DNA from: a bacterium
GTDB lineage: Bacteria > UBA8248
Direction: 5' to 3'
Length of the DNA stretch: 64,000 bases
NCBI GenBank assembly: GCA_965204535.1
Contig: CBDBEV010000001.1
Coordinates: 1,216,001 to 1,280,000, forward strand
The position numbers and the translations under genes are program-made. The first letter of the stretch is position 1. The number at the start of each line of letters is the position of its first letter. Of the stretch, positions 49,767 through 60,263 are shown one piece after another. The notes below the pieces were generated by a model, which was given only the letters and a program-made list of their open reading frames with translations, did not search any database and had not been told where the DNA came from.

Positions 49767-50660
49767 TTACAGGGTGAGGTTGTAGAACTTCCTCGCATTC
49801 TCGAACGACACCTTGCGGATCGCCTCATCAGACAGCCCTGCGTTTCGCATGGCGCGCAGCGTCTTGGGAACCGAGAGGATGTCGATGGGCCGGTAGCCGA
49901 GGTGGTCGGAGTTGAGCATGATCCGGTCGGGTCCGAACGTCTCCACCCACTCGATGACCTGCGCGGGTTCGAGGGGCCTGAGCGCGCTGCCGATGCTGAT
50001 GGCGCACATGGCGCGCGTATCGCGGTGGATATGTTCGACCGTCGTGGCGTCGGTGTGATCGACGGCGACCCGGGCTTCATCGAAACCGGTCTTGCGGATG
50101 ATTTCCAGGTCCTTCTGCATGTAGTGGAGCCGGAGTTGCTCGGGCGGCACGTCGGCCTGCACGGCGACGTTGCCGAGGAAATCCTTGCTCTTCTTGGGTG
50201 TGGGCGTATGCAGGATGATGGGCTTGTCGTATTTTTTCGCAAGCTCCGCCTGGGCTTCGAGACACGCGGTCTGCTCTTCCATCGGCCAGGTGAGGGAGAA
50301 ATACTGCGTGGGGTCGAGGCCGATCTCGCCCAGGGCAACGACGTTTTCGTCTTCGAGAAAACCGGGGATCTCCTCCAGCAGGTTTTCCCAGTCGTTCACC
50401 CGCGTCATCGAGCTGATGCCGACCGCGCAGCGGATTTTGATGAAGTGCTGCGCCTCGATCGCCTGGGCCATCACGACCGGCCCCTCCCAGAAGCGCATGA
50501 TGTCGTCGTAGCCCGGCGCCTCGTCCCACACCTCTCGGTAGAGGTGGGGGTTGCCGCAGGAGAGCACCGCCGCGCGCATTCCCGTCGCGCCGAGCAGTTC
50601 CCACTCGTCCCAGTTCAGGGCGTGCATGTGGTTGTGGCTGTCGATGTATTCGCCGAACAT
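49767..50660 (-). CDS. TatD-like metal-dependent hydrolase
   Basis: IDSHNH, ALGEIGLD, ILHTP, VDH and LNSD motifs. Confidence 0.8.
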   Translation of the reverse strand: MFGEYIDSHNHMHALNWDEWELLGATGMRAAVLSCGNPHLYREVWDEAPGYDDIMRFWEGPVVMAQAIEAQHFIKIRCAVGISSMTRVNDWENLLEEIPGFLEDENVVALGEIGLDPTQYFSLTWPMEEQTACLEAQAELAKKYDKPIILHTPTPKKSKDFLGNVAVQADVPPEQLRLHYMQKDLEIIRKTGFDEARVAVDHTDATTVEHIHRDTRAMCAISIGSALRPLEPAQVIEWVETFGPDRIMLNSDHLGYRPIDILSVPKTLRAMRNAGLSDEAIRKVSFENARKFYNLTL

Positions 50661-50817
50661 CGGAACCTCTCCGCTCGTTGGATGCGTTGAGGGCAACCTA
50701 TCCGCATGGGCGCCGGTGGTCAAGGGGGTAGAGTGGGTGGGGTGAGGCCCAAGAGATGCTTGAATTTTACCCTGTACCTGCCTTGTAATGTCTTGGTTTT
50801 GGATTAGAACTTCTTGT

Positions 50818-51000
50818 TTATACCTGCATCCTTAAGAGAATAGCGTTTGCGGTATGTCTGGATTTAATTTTTGAGTCCACGGATATATTTTTTCTCGTGA
50901 TGGGGCTATACCAAGTTTCATGATCCCCTTTGCCTTGACGCTTGAATGAACATCCTTCATCGACGAGGAGTTTCTTTATTTCCTTATAATAGTTGTTCAT
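50818..51000 (-). CDS. hicA: HicA family toxin (C-terminus apparently frameshifted)
   Basis: RQGKGDHETWYSP and SRHTANAIL motifs; alternative frame continues LKDAGINKKF to a stop at 50804. Confidence 0.82.
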   Translation of the reverse strand: MNNYYKEIKKLLVDEGCSFKRQGKGDHETWYSPITRKNISVDSKIKSRHTANAILLRMQV

Positions 51001-51233
51001 GTAACAGAATATTCACTAGAAGTCTCAAAAGGAATCTTGAAGACGACCTCAATCTCTTTCGGGTTTTTATCTTTTACCAAGTCCGCATTCAATTCAAGAA
51101 GGTCGGGGACGATTTGCAGAAGCTTTTCACAAAGTTCGTTCGGCGTGCCGGCCTCCGTAACGAGACCCGGTATATCTTCGCTGGTCGCTACCCATACCTC
51201 TGCGTCGATATCCCTTTGGACGAAGATATTCAT
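50997..51233 (-). CDS. DUF1902 / HicB-like antitoxin
   Basis: DAEVWVATSEDIPGLVTEA...VPDLLELN; ATGA overlap with hicA. Confidence 0.82.
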   Translation of the reverse strand: MNIFVQRDIDAEVWVATSEDIPGLVTEAGTPNELCEKLLQIVPDLLELNADLVKDKNPKEIEVVFKIPFETSSEYSVT

Positions 51234-51548
51234 TTGTCATTTCCTTAATCTGGAAGTGATGCCGCAACATACCTCCAATCGGTGCACACTACCCAAGTCC
51301 CTTAAACTGATTTTCGCCACGGGAACCAGGAAAAGTCAAACCAGCGCATTTTGGAGAACACCGCCAGAAAAGATTTGTTCGCATCCCGTCCATCGCTCAT
51401 GATCGTCGCGCCGAGCAGTTCCCACTCGTCCCGGTTCAGGGCGTGCATGTGGTTGTGGCTGTCGATGTATTCGCCGAACACCGGAACCTCTCTGCCGGGT
51501 TTCTAGCTATGTGGCTCAACCTATCCGCATGGGCATCGACGGTCAAGG

Positions 51549-51861
51549 GGGGTTGTTGGAAAAGGCCTCATTTCGTGATTCGGCGTATGGATCCCAAAGG
51601 GAAGGGAGGGGTAGGAACAGGTCGCGACCTGTCCCTACAGGTGCGATTCGGCTTTGTTCGTCATTCCGGTGTCGGTCAATGTCAACCGGGAAGAGGTATC
51701 CGTAGTGACAGCCCCTCGTCGGAGCTGTCCGAGGCCCCCGTGCCTGTCCGAGGCCCTCGCGCTCTTCCTGTATCGGGGTGAATACGACCGCCGGGCGGCC
51801 ACGGGGGGCCGCCCCTACGGTCTCCATTCGAGGGGGTGGCAGGGGCTTTTTCAACAGCCCC
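51549..51861. mobile_element. IS1182-derived MITE carrying REP palindromes
   Basis: Ends GGGGTTGTTGGAAAA and TTTTTCAACAGCCCC; direct repeat TCAAGG at 51543-51548 and 51862-51867. Confidence 0.7.
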
Positions 51862-51995
51862 TCAAGGACAGGACTGAAAACAGGAGATAGTGGGCGGGGA
51901 GCAGCCCCTTAAAACAAACACCGGAGACATTCATCCCCGGGTGCTGATGGGTTCGTGATTTTTGTCCCACGCGAAAACCGCGTATCTTGCTTTTG

Positions 51996-52493
51996 TCACG
52001 AAATCTTACAGCAACTGGTGAAAGCTGAAAAACCGCCCAAAATGAAAAAGAGAAGCCCTATAAAACTTAGGCCAATTTCAATCCTGAACCAGATACTATC
52101 GATTTTATTAAGTCTGGTCTTCTTTTTCTGGAAACAATTTTCCGTAATTTCATTATGCGTAAAACTTATGTGGATGCTCTCTAACTTATGGCCACGCCAT
52201 ACAAATCGCATATACTTTGAACCATTTAGAAATGCAGCGAGAACAAGACCTATGAAAAACCAGACCATTGGATAAAATGTCCATTCGATATTTTTTACAT
52301 CGTTGGCCATCAATGCCGCCATGGTACTCAACATCGCCACCAAAGCTCCACCATTCATGAAAACAAGATTACGAAGATACATGAACCCCGTAGATTCTTG
52401 ATGAGCACGAGAAGTGGAGAAGGCTTTCTCGTAATCTTCTAAGATCTTTTTCTGTTTCTCTGGCCAAAAATCTGAAAAATTTTCATCATTCAT
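51996..52493 (-). CDS. Hypothetical membrane protein (low GC)
   Basis: Three hydrophobic segments, LVFMNGGALVAML; AT-rich. Confidence 0.6.
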   Translation of the reverse strand: MNDENFSDFWPEKQKKILEDYEKAFSTSRAHQESTGFMYLRNLVFMNGGALVAMLSTMAALMANDVKNIEWTFYPMVWFFIGLVLAAFLNGSKYMRFVWRGHKLESIHISFTHNEITENCFQKKKTRLNKIDSIWFRIEIGLSFIGLLFFILGGFSAFTSCCKIS

Positions 52494-52735
52494 GGATTGG
52501 CTGCTCTTCCAAATAAAAGTTTGCTCTATTCATGAAGTTTTGAGATGTCGCCGGTCTCTGTTGCCGAGGCCCTATTTTCATGGAGGATAGTATACCCTTC
52601 GGAAAAGATTTTCTCGCGTCTTGCGCCGTGCACGGCAACAAGACAACGCCTTGCCCTCGCTCAAACAACAGAAAGATATTATAATAATTATATGCCGCAT
52701 AATATTTATTGTCTGTTATAAATCAAGGAAATGTA

Positions 52736-53224
52736 ATGAGACACATCATTCTTTACATTTGCATTTTTCTATTCCTCTCGAACGCACACGCCTTTGCGGC
52801 AAATGACGATCAAAAAACACACAAAGGCTTTAAGTTGTTCACGAATTGCGAACCGATACACTTTGTCGTGGAGGAATTGTCTCGCCATGCTTCGAAGATT
52901 GGCCTCACTAAGAAATCCATTCAGAATGCGATAGAGAGTCGTCTTAGGTCGGCTAGACTCTATAGCAATGAGGTGCTTAATTCTTATATTTACGTGAATG
53001 TAACTGTGTCTGGACGAGCTTTTGGTATTGGACTCGATTTCGAAAAAGTGGTCTTCGATTCATACTCTCGTGAAAAGAATTTTGCGACCACATGGCATGA
53101 TGGAGGAATCGGAGCGCACGGAGGCAGCTCTGAATATATCCTTTCTAACTTGTCTCAATACATGGATAAATTTTTGACTGAATTTCTCCGTGTAAACGAA
53201 GAGGCATGTCGGAAGAAAAAATAG
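52736..53224 (+). CDS. Hypothetical secreted protein (low GC)
   Basis: Signal peptide ending AHAFA; AT-rich; ESRLRSARLY. Confidence 0.65.
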   Translation: MRHIILYICIFLFLSNAHAFAANDDQKTHKGFKLFTNCEPIHFVVEELSRHASKIGLTKKSIQNAIESRLRSARLYSNEVLNSYIYVNVTVSGRAFGIGLDFEKVVFDSYSREKNFATTWHDGGIGAHGGSSEYILSNLSQYMDKFLTEFLRVNEEACRKKK

Positions 53225-53243
53225 ATCGCGCCAAGAATATCCG

Positions 53244-53273
53244 AAAACAAACGCCGGAGACGACCATCCCCGG
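53244..53273 (-). terminator. tRNA-Arg terminator hairpin, with a second copy at 51911-51940
   Basis: Minus strand CCGGGGA...TCTCCGG followed by a T-rich tail; 26 of 30 bases identical to 51911-51940. Confidence 0.6.
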
Positions 53274-53293
53274 CATTTGCATGATTCCGTTTC

Positions 53294-53369
53294 TGGTGCG
53301 CGTGGCAGGAGTCGAACCTGCGACTTCCTGCTCCGGAGGCAGGCGCTCTATCCTCTGAGCTACACGCGC
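53294..53369 (-). tRNA. tRNA-Arg (anticodon CCG)
   Basis: GCGCGTG acceptor stem, D-arm TAGCTCAGAGGATAGAGC, CCTGC-CTCCGGA-GCAGG anticodon arm, GGTTCGACTCC and encoded CCA. Confidence 0.96.
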
Positions 53370-53399
53370 ATTCTCGTCAACCGCCTTGGAGCCTCACCC

Positions 53400-53639
53400 C
53401 TATATCATGGAGTGCGTTCCGTCGCACATGGGCGCGTTGCCCGTCTGCTTGCAGCCGCAAAAGGCGCACGTCTTGCCCGCCTGCACGTCGAGGACGATGG
53501 GGCGGAACTCCGAACCCTTGTGCGAGCCGTCGCAAAAAGGCTGCGATTTGCTCATGCCGCACGCGCACCAGGCGACTTTCTCGTCTTTTTCCGGCTTGTA
53601 GACATAGGGCGCTTTCTGGGCTACTTGGGGTTCGGCCAT
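53400..53639 (-). CDS. CDGSH iron-sulfur domain protein (two CDGSH motifs)
   Basis: WCACGMSKSQPFCDGSH and FCGCKQTGNAPMCDGTH. Confidence 0.92.
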   Translation of the reverse strand: MAEPQVAQKAPYVYKPEKDEKVAWCACGMSKSQPFCDGSHKGSEFRPIVLDVQAGKTCAFCGCKQTGNAPMCDGTHSMI

Positions 53640-53726
53640 GGCGGTCTCCTTTCTCCCCACAAGGTAGGCGATATGATCTCGATTCGGTATTCTAGTCCGA
53701 ATCACCGCCCTTGAAAAGGAAGCCCG

Positions 53727-54368
53727 ATGTCCGCATCCTCTCCCGCGCGCCTTCTACGCATACTGGAGCAGACCTACCCCGACGCGCGCTGCGCGCTCGA
53801 CTACCGAAACCCGCTCGAACTATTGATCGCGACGATGCTATCGGCCCAGTGCACGGACGAGCGGGTCAACATGGTCACCCCGGCCCTTTTCGCCCGCTAT
53901 CCCGACGCCGCCTCGTTTGCGGAGGCCGCGCCTGCCGAACTCGAGGAATTGATTCACTCGTGCGGCTTCTACCGCCAGAAGGCGAAGTCCATCCGCGCTT
54001 GCTGCCGCCTTCTTGTGGATGAATTCGGCGGCGAGGTGCCCGCCGAGATGGACGACCTGGTGACGCTTCCCGGCGTGGGGCGCAAGACGGCGAACGTCGT
54101 CCTGAACGAGGCGTACGGCGAGCCGGCCATCGCCGTCGATACGCACGTTCTGCGCACGGCCAACCGGCTGGGCTGGATATCGACGCGCGACCCGGTGAAG
54201 GCCGAGTTCCGGCTCCTGGACGCCGTGCCGAAAAAATGGTGGGGCCGCGTCACCCTGCTCTTGATCCATCACGGGAGGAACTGCTGCTCGGCGAGAAAGC
54301 CCCTGTGCGCGGATTGTCCGATCCTCAAAGGTTGTCCGCATGGTCAGGAGGCGCTTTCGGGCGGATGA
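53727..54368 (+). CDS. nth: Endonuclease III
   Basis: LSAQCTD, HhH motif LPGVGRKTANVV, VDTH and C-terminal 4Fe-4S cysteines. Confidence 0.95.
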   Translation: MSASSPARLLRILEQTYPDARCALDYRNPLELLIATMLSAQCTDERVNMVTPALFARYPDAASFAEAAPAELEELIHSCGFYRQKAKSIRACCRLLVDEFGGEVPAEMDDLVTLPGVGRKTANVVLNEAYGEPAIAVDTHVLRTANRLGWISTRDPVKAEFRLLDAVPKKWWGRVTLLLIHHGRNCCSARKPLCADCPILKGCPHGQEALSGG

Positions 54369-54475
54369 TTTGCGGGAATCTGCGCATTCGACTGGACAAC
54401 CCGAATCCGGAGTCCTTATAATTGCCTATCTTTTTATCTGCTTTTGAGGCTTAGCCCGCAATCCGGAGGTTATCC

Positions 54476-55474
<999 letters not shown>

Positions 55475-55705
55475 CCGCGTCTCCCGCCCCGAGGCCGCCC
55501 GGAATCATTTTCTCTCCTCCTCTTGGAGAAAATGTGGATTTTGGGATATAGTCGCCTTTCTGTGGACGCGAGCGTTCGCACCGGTTGACCTGATTTTGAA
55601 TCCGTATGCGCGTGGCCGACGGCGAGAATCCTGACCACCGGGTTCAGCTTCGGATTTGCCCGTTGAGGCCGCAGCCACTGCGAAGGCAGGAAAGGAAACG
55701 CATAA

Positions 55706-56851
55706 ATGTCGCCGATTCGCATCGCCATCGCCGGCGTGGGGAACTGCGCGAGTTCCCTGCTCCAGGGCATCGAGTATTACCGCCATCATCCCGAGGAAGA
55801 GTTGGGTCTCATGCACCGGGATCTGGGCGGCTACGGGCCGGAGGACATTGAGGTCGTCGCGGCTTTCGACATCGACGTCCGCAAGGTGGGCCAGCCGCTC
55901 CACGCCGCGGCCTTCGCCAGGCCCAACTGCACGAAGACGATCTGGGAGAACCTGCCCGACTACGGCGTGAACGTGCGGATGGGCCCCATACTCGACGGCG
56001 TGGCGTCCCACATGGCGGAATACGCTTCTGATCGCTCCTTTCTGCCCGCCGAGGCGGAACCCTGCGACGTGGCGGCGGAGCTTCGCGAGAGCGGGGCGGA
56101 AATTCTGTTGAACTTCATGCCCGTGGGCTCCGAGCAGGCGGCGCGCCACTACGCCGAAGCGGCGCTCACGGCGGGCGTTTCCTTCATCAACTGCATGCCG
56201 GTCTTCATCGTCTCGGACCCGGAATGGGCGGGCCGCTTCACCGATGCGGGGATTCCCGTGGTGGGAGACGACGTGAAGGCCCAGCTCGGCGCCACCATCC
56301 TGCACCGCACGCTCGCAAAGCTTTGCGCCGACAGGGGCGTGAAGCTCAAGCGCACCTACCAGCTGAACACGGGCGGGAACACCGATTTTCTGAACATGCT
56401 GGAGCGCTCGCGTCTCAAATCCAAGAAGATATCGAAAACGGACGCCGTACAAAGCCAGTTGCCCGAACCCCTGGACTCGGACGACATCCACATCGGCCCG
56501 TCCGATTACGTGCCCTGGCAGGACGACAACAAGGTATGCTTTTTGAGAATCGAGGCGGAGGGCTTCGGCGGCGTGCCGCTCGAAATCGAGGCGCGCCTCT
56601 CGGTGGAGGATTCCCCCAACTCGGGCGGCGTCGTCATCGACGCGATTCGCCTCGCGCGCATCGCGCGCGACAGGGGCGAGGCGGGGCCGCTCTACCCGGT
56701 GAGCGCCTTTCTGATGAAACACCCCCCCGTTCAGGTGCCCGACGCCGTCTCGCGCATGATGATCGACGAATTCATCGCGGGCGACCTGCGCGCGAGCGAT
56801 CAGGTCGAGTTCAACGGAAACGGCCTGCCCGCCCGCTACGACCACAAATAA
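55706..56851 (+). CDS. ino1: Myo-inositol-1-phosphate synthase
   Basis: GVGNCASSL, GDDVKAQLGAT, QLNTGGNTDFLNM, SKKISKT and DSPNSGG motifs. Confidence 0.92.
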   Translation: MSPIRIAIAGVGNCASSLLQGIEYYRHHPEEELGLMHRDLGGYGPEDIEVVAAFDIDVRKVGQPLHAAAFARPNCTKTIWENLPDYGVNVRMGPILDGVASHMAEYASDRSFLPAEAEPCDVAAELRESGAEILLNFMPVGSEQAARHYAEAALTAGVSFINCMPVFIVSDPEWAGRFTDAGIPVVGDDVKAQLGATILHRTLAKLCADRGVKLKRTYQLNTGGNTDFLNMLERSRLKSKKISKTDAVQSQLPEPLDSDDIHIGPSDYVPWQDDNKVCFLRIEAEGFGGVPLEIEARLSVEDSPNSGGVVIDAIRLARIARDRGEAGPLYPVSAFLMKHPPVQVPDAVSRMMIDEFIAGDLRASDQVEFNGNGLPARYDHK

Positions 56852-56870
56852 CTCCTACGCATCGAAATAT

Positions 56871-56903
56871 GAAACCCCCGGGTTTGACGCCCGGGGGGTT
56901 TTC
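56871..56903. terminator. Intrinsic terminator between convergent genes
   Basis: GAAACCCCCGGG-loop-CCCGGGGGGTTTTC. Confidence 0.7.
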
Positions 56904-56917
56904 GTTGGCGCGCCGCA

Positions 56918-57328
56918 TCAGTCGCCGCCGTAGGTTTCTCCCGCACGTTCCGAGAGCTCGATCCGCACGTTTTCCGGTCCCCGGATGTAGGCCGTCGTCC
57001 TGCCGCCCATGCCCGAAGGGGAGGGGTCGCGGATGAAGTCCGCGCCCGCCGCTTTCATCTGCGCCGCGAGGCCGTGGATGTCGTCCACGGCGAAGGAGAA
57101 ATGATCGAGGCCCATCACGGCGTCCGCGTGGTTTTCCCCGATGCGCTCGCCGGGCCTTACTCCGCGGAGGAAGAGTCTCGCTTCGCCGACCCGCACGACG
57201 GCGTTGGGCGCGCCGTGGAAATTCTCTTCGCGGTAGATGACCTCGCCGCCGAAGATGTCTTCGAAATAGGCGACCATCCCCTCCAAATCCTTACAAATAA
57301 TGTGCACGTGATCGAATGATAAGCGCAT
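56918..57328 (-). CDS. VOC/glyoxalase family protein
   Basis: FDHVHI, GLDHFSFAVDDI and GPENVRIEL motifs. Confidence 0.88.
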   Translation of the reverse strand: MRLSFDHVHIICKDLEGMVAYFEDIFGGEVIYREENFHGAPNAVVRVGEARLFLRGVRPGERIGENHADAVMGLDHFSFAVDDIHGLAAQMKAAGADFIRDPSPSGMGGRTTAYIRGPENVRIELSERAGETYGGD

Positions 57329-57453
57329 TTGCTCCTCCCTAGCATGAACGACTGAAACTTGAGCTTTGCATTCGGGGCCAATGTCGCCCGTAAGGCGGCG
57401 TGCGGTCAATCGCCGCCATCGTGTAGAATGACCCGCCTGAAAAGGGGGTGTGC

Positions 57454-58356
57454 ATGGCCGGAACCCGGAAAGTGCCCACAAGCTGGAAGACGGGGCTTCA
57501 GCGCGTGGCGCGCGGCGTCTACGCCTATATCCAGGCGGGCGGGCTGAACGTCTCGAACGCAGGCCTCATCGTGGGGGACGATGAGGCGCTCGTGGTCGAC
57601 GCTCTCTACGTGCGGCCCATGACGCAGGCCTTTCAGGAATCCATCCGCAAAGCGACCAGAAAGCCCGTGCGCAAGATCGTCTGCACCCACCACCATGCGG
57701 ATCACACCCTGGGGCTCGTCTGGTTCGAGCGGGACATCCCCGTCATCGCGCACCGCCATATGCGCGAGCGGATGATCGAGACCGGCCTCGACCTCGCGCA
57801 CTACAGGGGCGTGAACCCCGAATACGCGGGCGAACTCAAAAGGCTCAGGCAGCGTTTTCCCGACGTAACTTATGAGGGCGGCATGACGCTTCGTCTGGGC
57901 AAGCGCGTCGTGGAACTCCACCACCTGGGTCATGCGCATTCGAAGGGCGACACGGTCGTCTATCTGCCGGAGGAGCGGGTTCTCTTCACGGGCGACATCT
58001 GCTTTCACTACGTGACGCCCGCCACCTTCGACGCCCATGTCGGCGGGTGGATACGGATTGCAGAGAAGATTCTGAAAACCTTCCCCGTCGAGACGGTCGT
58101 TCCGGGGCACGGACCGCCGGGGGACAAGCGCGCGCTCGAGAAAACCCTGGGGTACTTGAGGCTCGTGCGTAGGGAGGCGCGAAAGCGTTTCAAGGAGGGT
58201 ACCCCCGCCAAGCGCGCCGCGCGCGAGGTTCCCCTGGGCGAATATGCGCACTGGATGAAACCCGACCGCGTCGAGCAGGCCGTGATGAAGCTCTACAACG
58301 AGTTCAAAGGCCGCGGCGAGCAGGGGATATCGCTCCATGACGCGCGGGGCGGATGA
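57454..58356 (+). CDS. MBL-fold metallo-hydrolase (cyclase-like)
   Basis: THHHADH, AHSKGD, FTGD and PGHG motifs. Confidence 0.88.
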   Translation: MAGTRKVPTSWKTGLQRVARGVYAYIQAGGLNVSNAGLIVGDDEALVVDALYVRPMTQAFQESIRKATRKPVRKIVCTHHHADHTLGLVWFERDIPVIAHRHMRERMIETGLDLAHYRGVNPEYAGELKRLRQRFPDVTYEGGMTLRLGKRVVELHHLGHAHSKGDTVVYLPEERVLFTGDICFHYVTPATFDAHVGGWIRIAEKILKTFPVETVVPGHGPPGDKRALEKTLGYLRLVRREARKRFKEGTPAKRAAREVPLGEYAHWMKPDRVEQAVMKLYNEFKGRGEQGISLHDARGG

Positions 58357-58366
58357 GGAAGGCGCC

Positions 58367-58723
58367 ATGCCCGAGAACTACGACCAAAGACGAAGCCGCT
58401 GCATGCTCGATCAATCCTCGAACACGCAAAACCCCGTCCATCTCATCCTGCGAAGCCCCTACGCGCTGAAGACGGAATATGGGGATACGCATCAAGACGT
58501 GCACGAATTGCTCAATGCCTTTAACACCCTGGCCGCGCAGGACGCTCCCACCACAGATGCCCGCGAAGCCCTGGCGAAACAAGCCGACGTGCTCTCCTCG
58601 CATTACGCCGCCGCGCACATGTCGGCCCTTGCTGAACACCTCGCCTTTCTCGCCGAACTCTTGCGGGGCCGCTATCCGATTCGGCCTGTGATGGATGTGG
58701 CCAGGCTGGAAGAAATCTCATAG
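58367..58723 (+). CDS. Hypothetical protein
   Basis: GAGGAAGG RBS, co-oriented with the MBL gene and followed by a terminator. Confidence 0.5.
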   Translation: MPENYDQRRSRCMLDQSSNTQNPVHLILRSPYALKTEYGDTHQDVHELLNAFNTLAAQDAPTTDAREALAKQADVLSSHYAAAHMSALAEHLAFLAELLRGRYPIRPVMDVARLEEIS

Positions 58724-58753
58724 AAAACCCCCGAGGCTTTCGCCCCGGGGGTG
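58724..58753. terminator. Intrinsic terminator hairpin
   Basis: AAAACCCCCGAGGC-TTTC-GCCCCGGGGGTG. Confidence 0.55.
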
Positions 58754-58812
58754 TCTTATGGCTCGGCTTTCGTTGCTTCCCTAGATCAAATTAACTGCTT
58801 GCGTCGCTCCCA

Positions 58813-60012
58813 TCAACCCCCGTTGACAGAGGCCGTAGCGGGGGCTTCGGTGAGGCCGCAGAAGAACTCGTAGTCGATGAGCTCGGTGATGGAGGGGCTG
58901 TCCCCGCATACCGGACACGCCGGGTCGCGCCTGATCTTGAGCGTCCTGAACTGCGATTTGAGCGCGTCGTACATCAGCAGCTTGCCGATGAGCGGTTCGC
59001 CGAAGCCCACGATGAGCTTGGCCGTCTCCGTCGCCTGGATGGAGCCCATGGTGCCGCACAGCGCGCCGAGCACGCCCGCGTCCTGACAGGAGGGCACCAT
59101 GCCGGGAGGCGGCGGTTCGGGATAGAGGCAGCGGTAGCAGGGGCCGCCCTTGGCGGGATGGTAGACGGTGGCCTGGCCCTCGAACTTGAAGATGGAGGCG
59201 TCGACGATGGGCTTTCCGAGAAAGACCGCCGCGTCGTTCACGAGATAGCGGGTCGGGAAGTTGTCCGCCCCGTTCACGATGACGTCGTAGTCTTTCAGGA
59301 TATCGAGCGCGTTGTCGCGGTTGATCCTATCTTCGTGCGCGATGACGTTCACGTCGGGGTTCAGCGCGGTGAGGGTGGCCGCCGCGCTCTCGACCTTGGA
59401 GGTGCCCACGCGATCGTTCGTGTGGACGATCTGGCGCTGAAGATTGCTCATGTCCACGACGTCCATATCCACGATGCCGATGTTGCCCACGCCCATGGCG
59501 GTCAGGTAAAGCCCGGTGGGCGAGCCCAGCCCGCCCGCGCCTATCAGGACGACCTTGGCGTCCAGGAGTTTGGCCTGGCCCTTCTCCCCGATCTGGGAGA
59601 GCAGGAAGTGGCGGCTGTAGCGGTTCAACTGCTCGGCGCTCATCTGCTTGTCCACCTGCACGGGGAAGCCCAAATCCTTCCACTTCCCGTAACCGCCCGC
59701 CATGGACTTCACATTCTGATAGCCCATGGACTGGAGCACCTGGCCGGCGAGCAGCGAGCGCACGCCGCCCGCGCAATAGGCGACGATGGGCGTCTTCCTG
59801 TCGGGTACGACCTGCTCGATCTTGAGTTCCAGGAATCCGCGGCTCACGTGCTCCGCGCCCGGCAGGTAGCCGCCCCGGAACTCGTCCGGTTCGCGCACGT
59901 CGATGAGCGCCACCCCGGTGCCGGTATCGACCGCGTACTTCACTTCTTCCGCCGTGATCTCAGGAACATCGCCCCGCGCGTCCTCGAGCAGGTCCCGTCC
60001 TGTTTTCGACAT
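58813..60012 (-). CDS. moeB: MoeB/MoeZ-type adenylyltransferase with N-terminal rhodanese domain
   Basis: Rhodanese YCAGGVRS; RYSRH, GAGGLGS, SNLQRQ, CYRC and CPVC motifs. Confidence 0.9.
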   Translation of the reverse strand: MSKTGRDLLEDARGDVPEITAEEVKYAVDTGTGVALIDVREPDEFRGGYLPGAEHVSRGFLELKIEQVVPDRKTPIVAYCAGGVRSLLAGQVLQSMGYQNVKSMAGGYGKWKDLGFPVQVDKQMSAEQLNRYSRHFLLSQIGEKGQAKLLDAKVVLIGAGGLGSPTGLYLTAMGVGNIGIVDMDVVDMSNLQRQIVHTNDRVGTSKVESAAATLTALNPDVNVIAHEDRINRDNALDILKDYDVIVNGADNFPTRYLVNDAAVFLGKPIVDASIFKFEGQATVYHPAKGGPCYRCLYPEPPPPGMVPSCQDAGVLGALCGTMGSIQATETAKLIVGFGEPLIGKLLMYDALKSQFRTLKIRRDPACPVCGDSPSITELIDYEFFCGLTEAPATASVNGG

Positions 60013-60263
60013 TTCTTGATCTCCTTTGCTCCCAGCGTTTGCTGAAAAGGGATATGGGATAGATAATCGTAAGTTATCGGCACTTCAGAGCGCGCAGCGC
60101 CCGCTCCGCAATTCTTTCGAATACTAAACCAATTTACTCAAGAATAGCAAGCCAGTCTCTTGAAACATGAAAATCGAATCATTATCCCGAAAATTGCGCC
60201 CAGGCGCCATGCCGTGCGCGGCGCTCTCTCTATAGCCTGTGGAGTCGACCGCCCGGCGAAAGA

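Larger units (their letters stand above)
50583..51548. repeat. Imperfect direct repeat (50583-50727 and 51404-51548) of the promoter and 5' end of the TatD-like gene, flanking the TA module
   Basis: About 89 bp near-identical (2 mismatches), plus conserved CAACCTATCCGCATGGGC and GGTCAAGGGG. Confidence 0.85.

Noticed and set aside
50750-53290. Prophage or integron
   Set aside because: No integrase, phage genes or recognisable attC sites were seen
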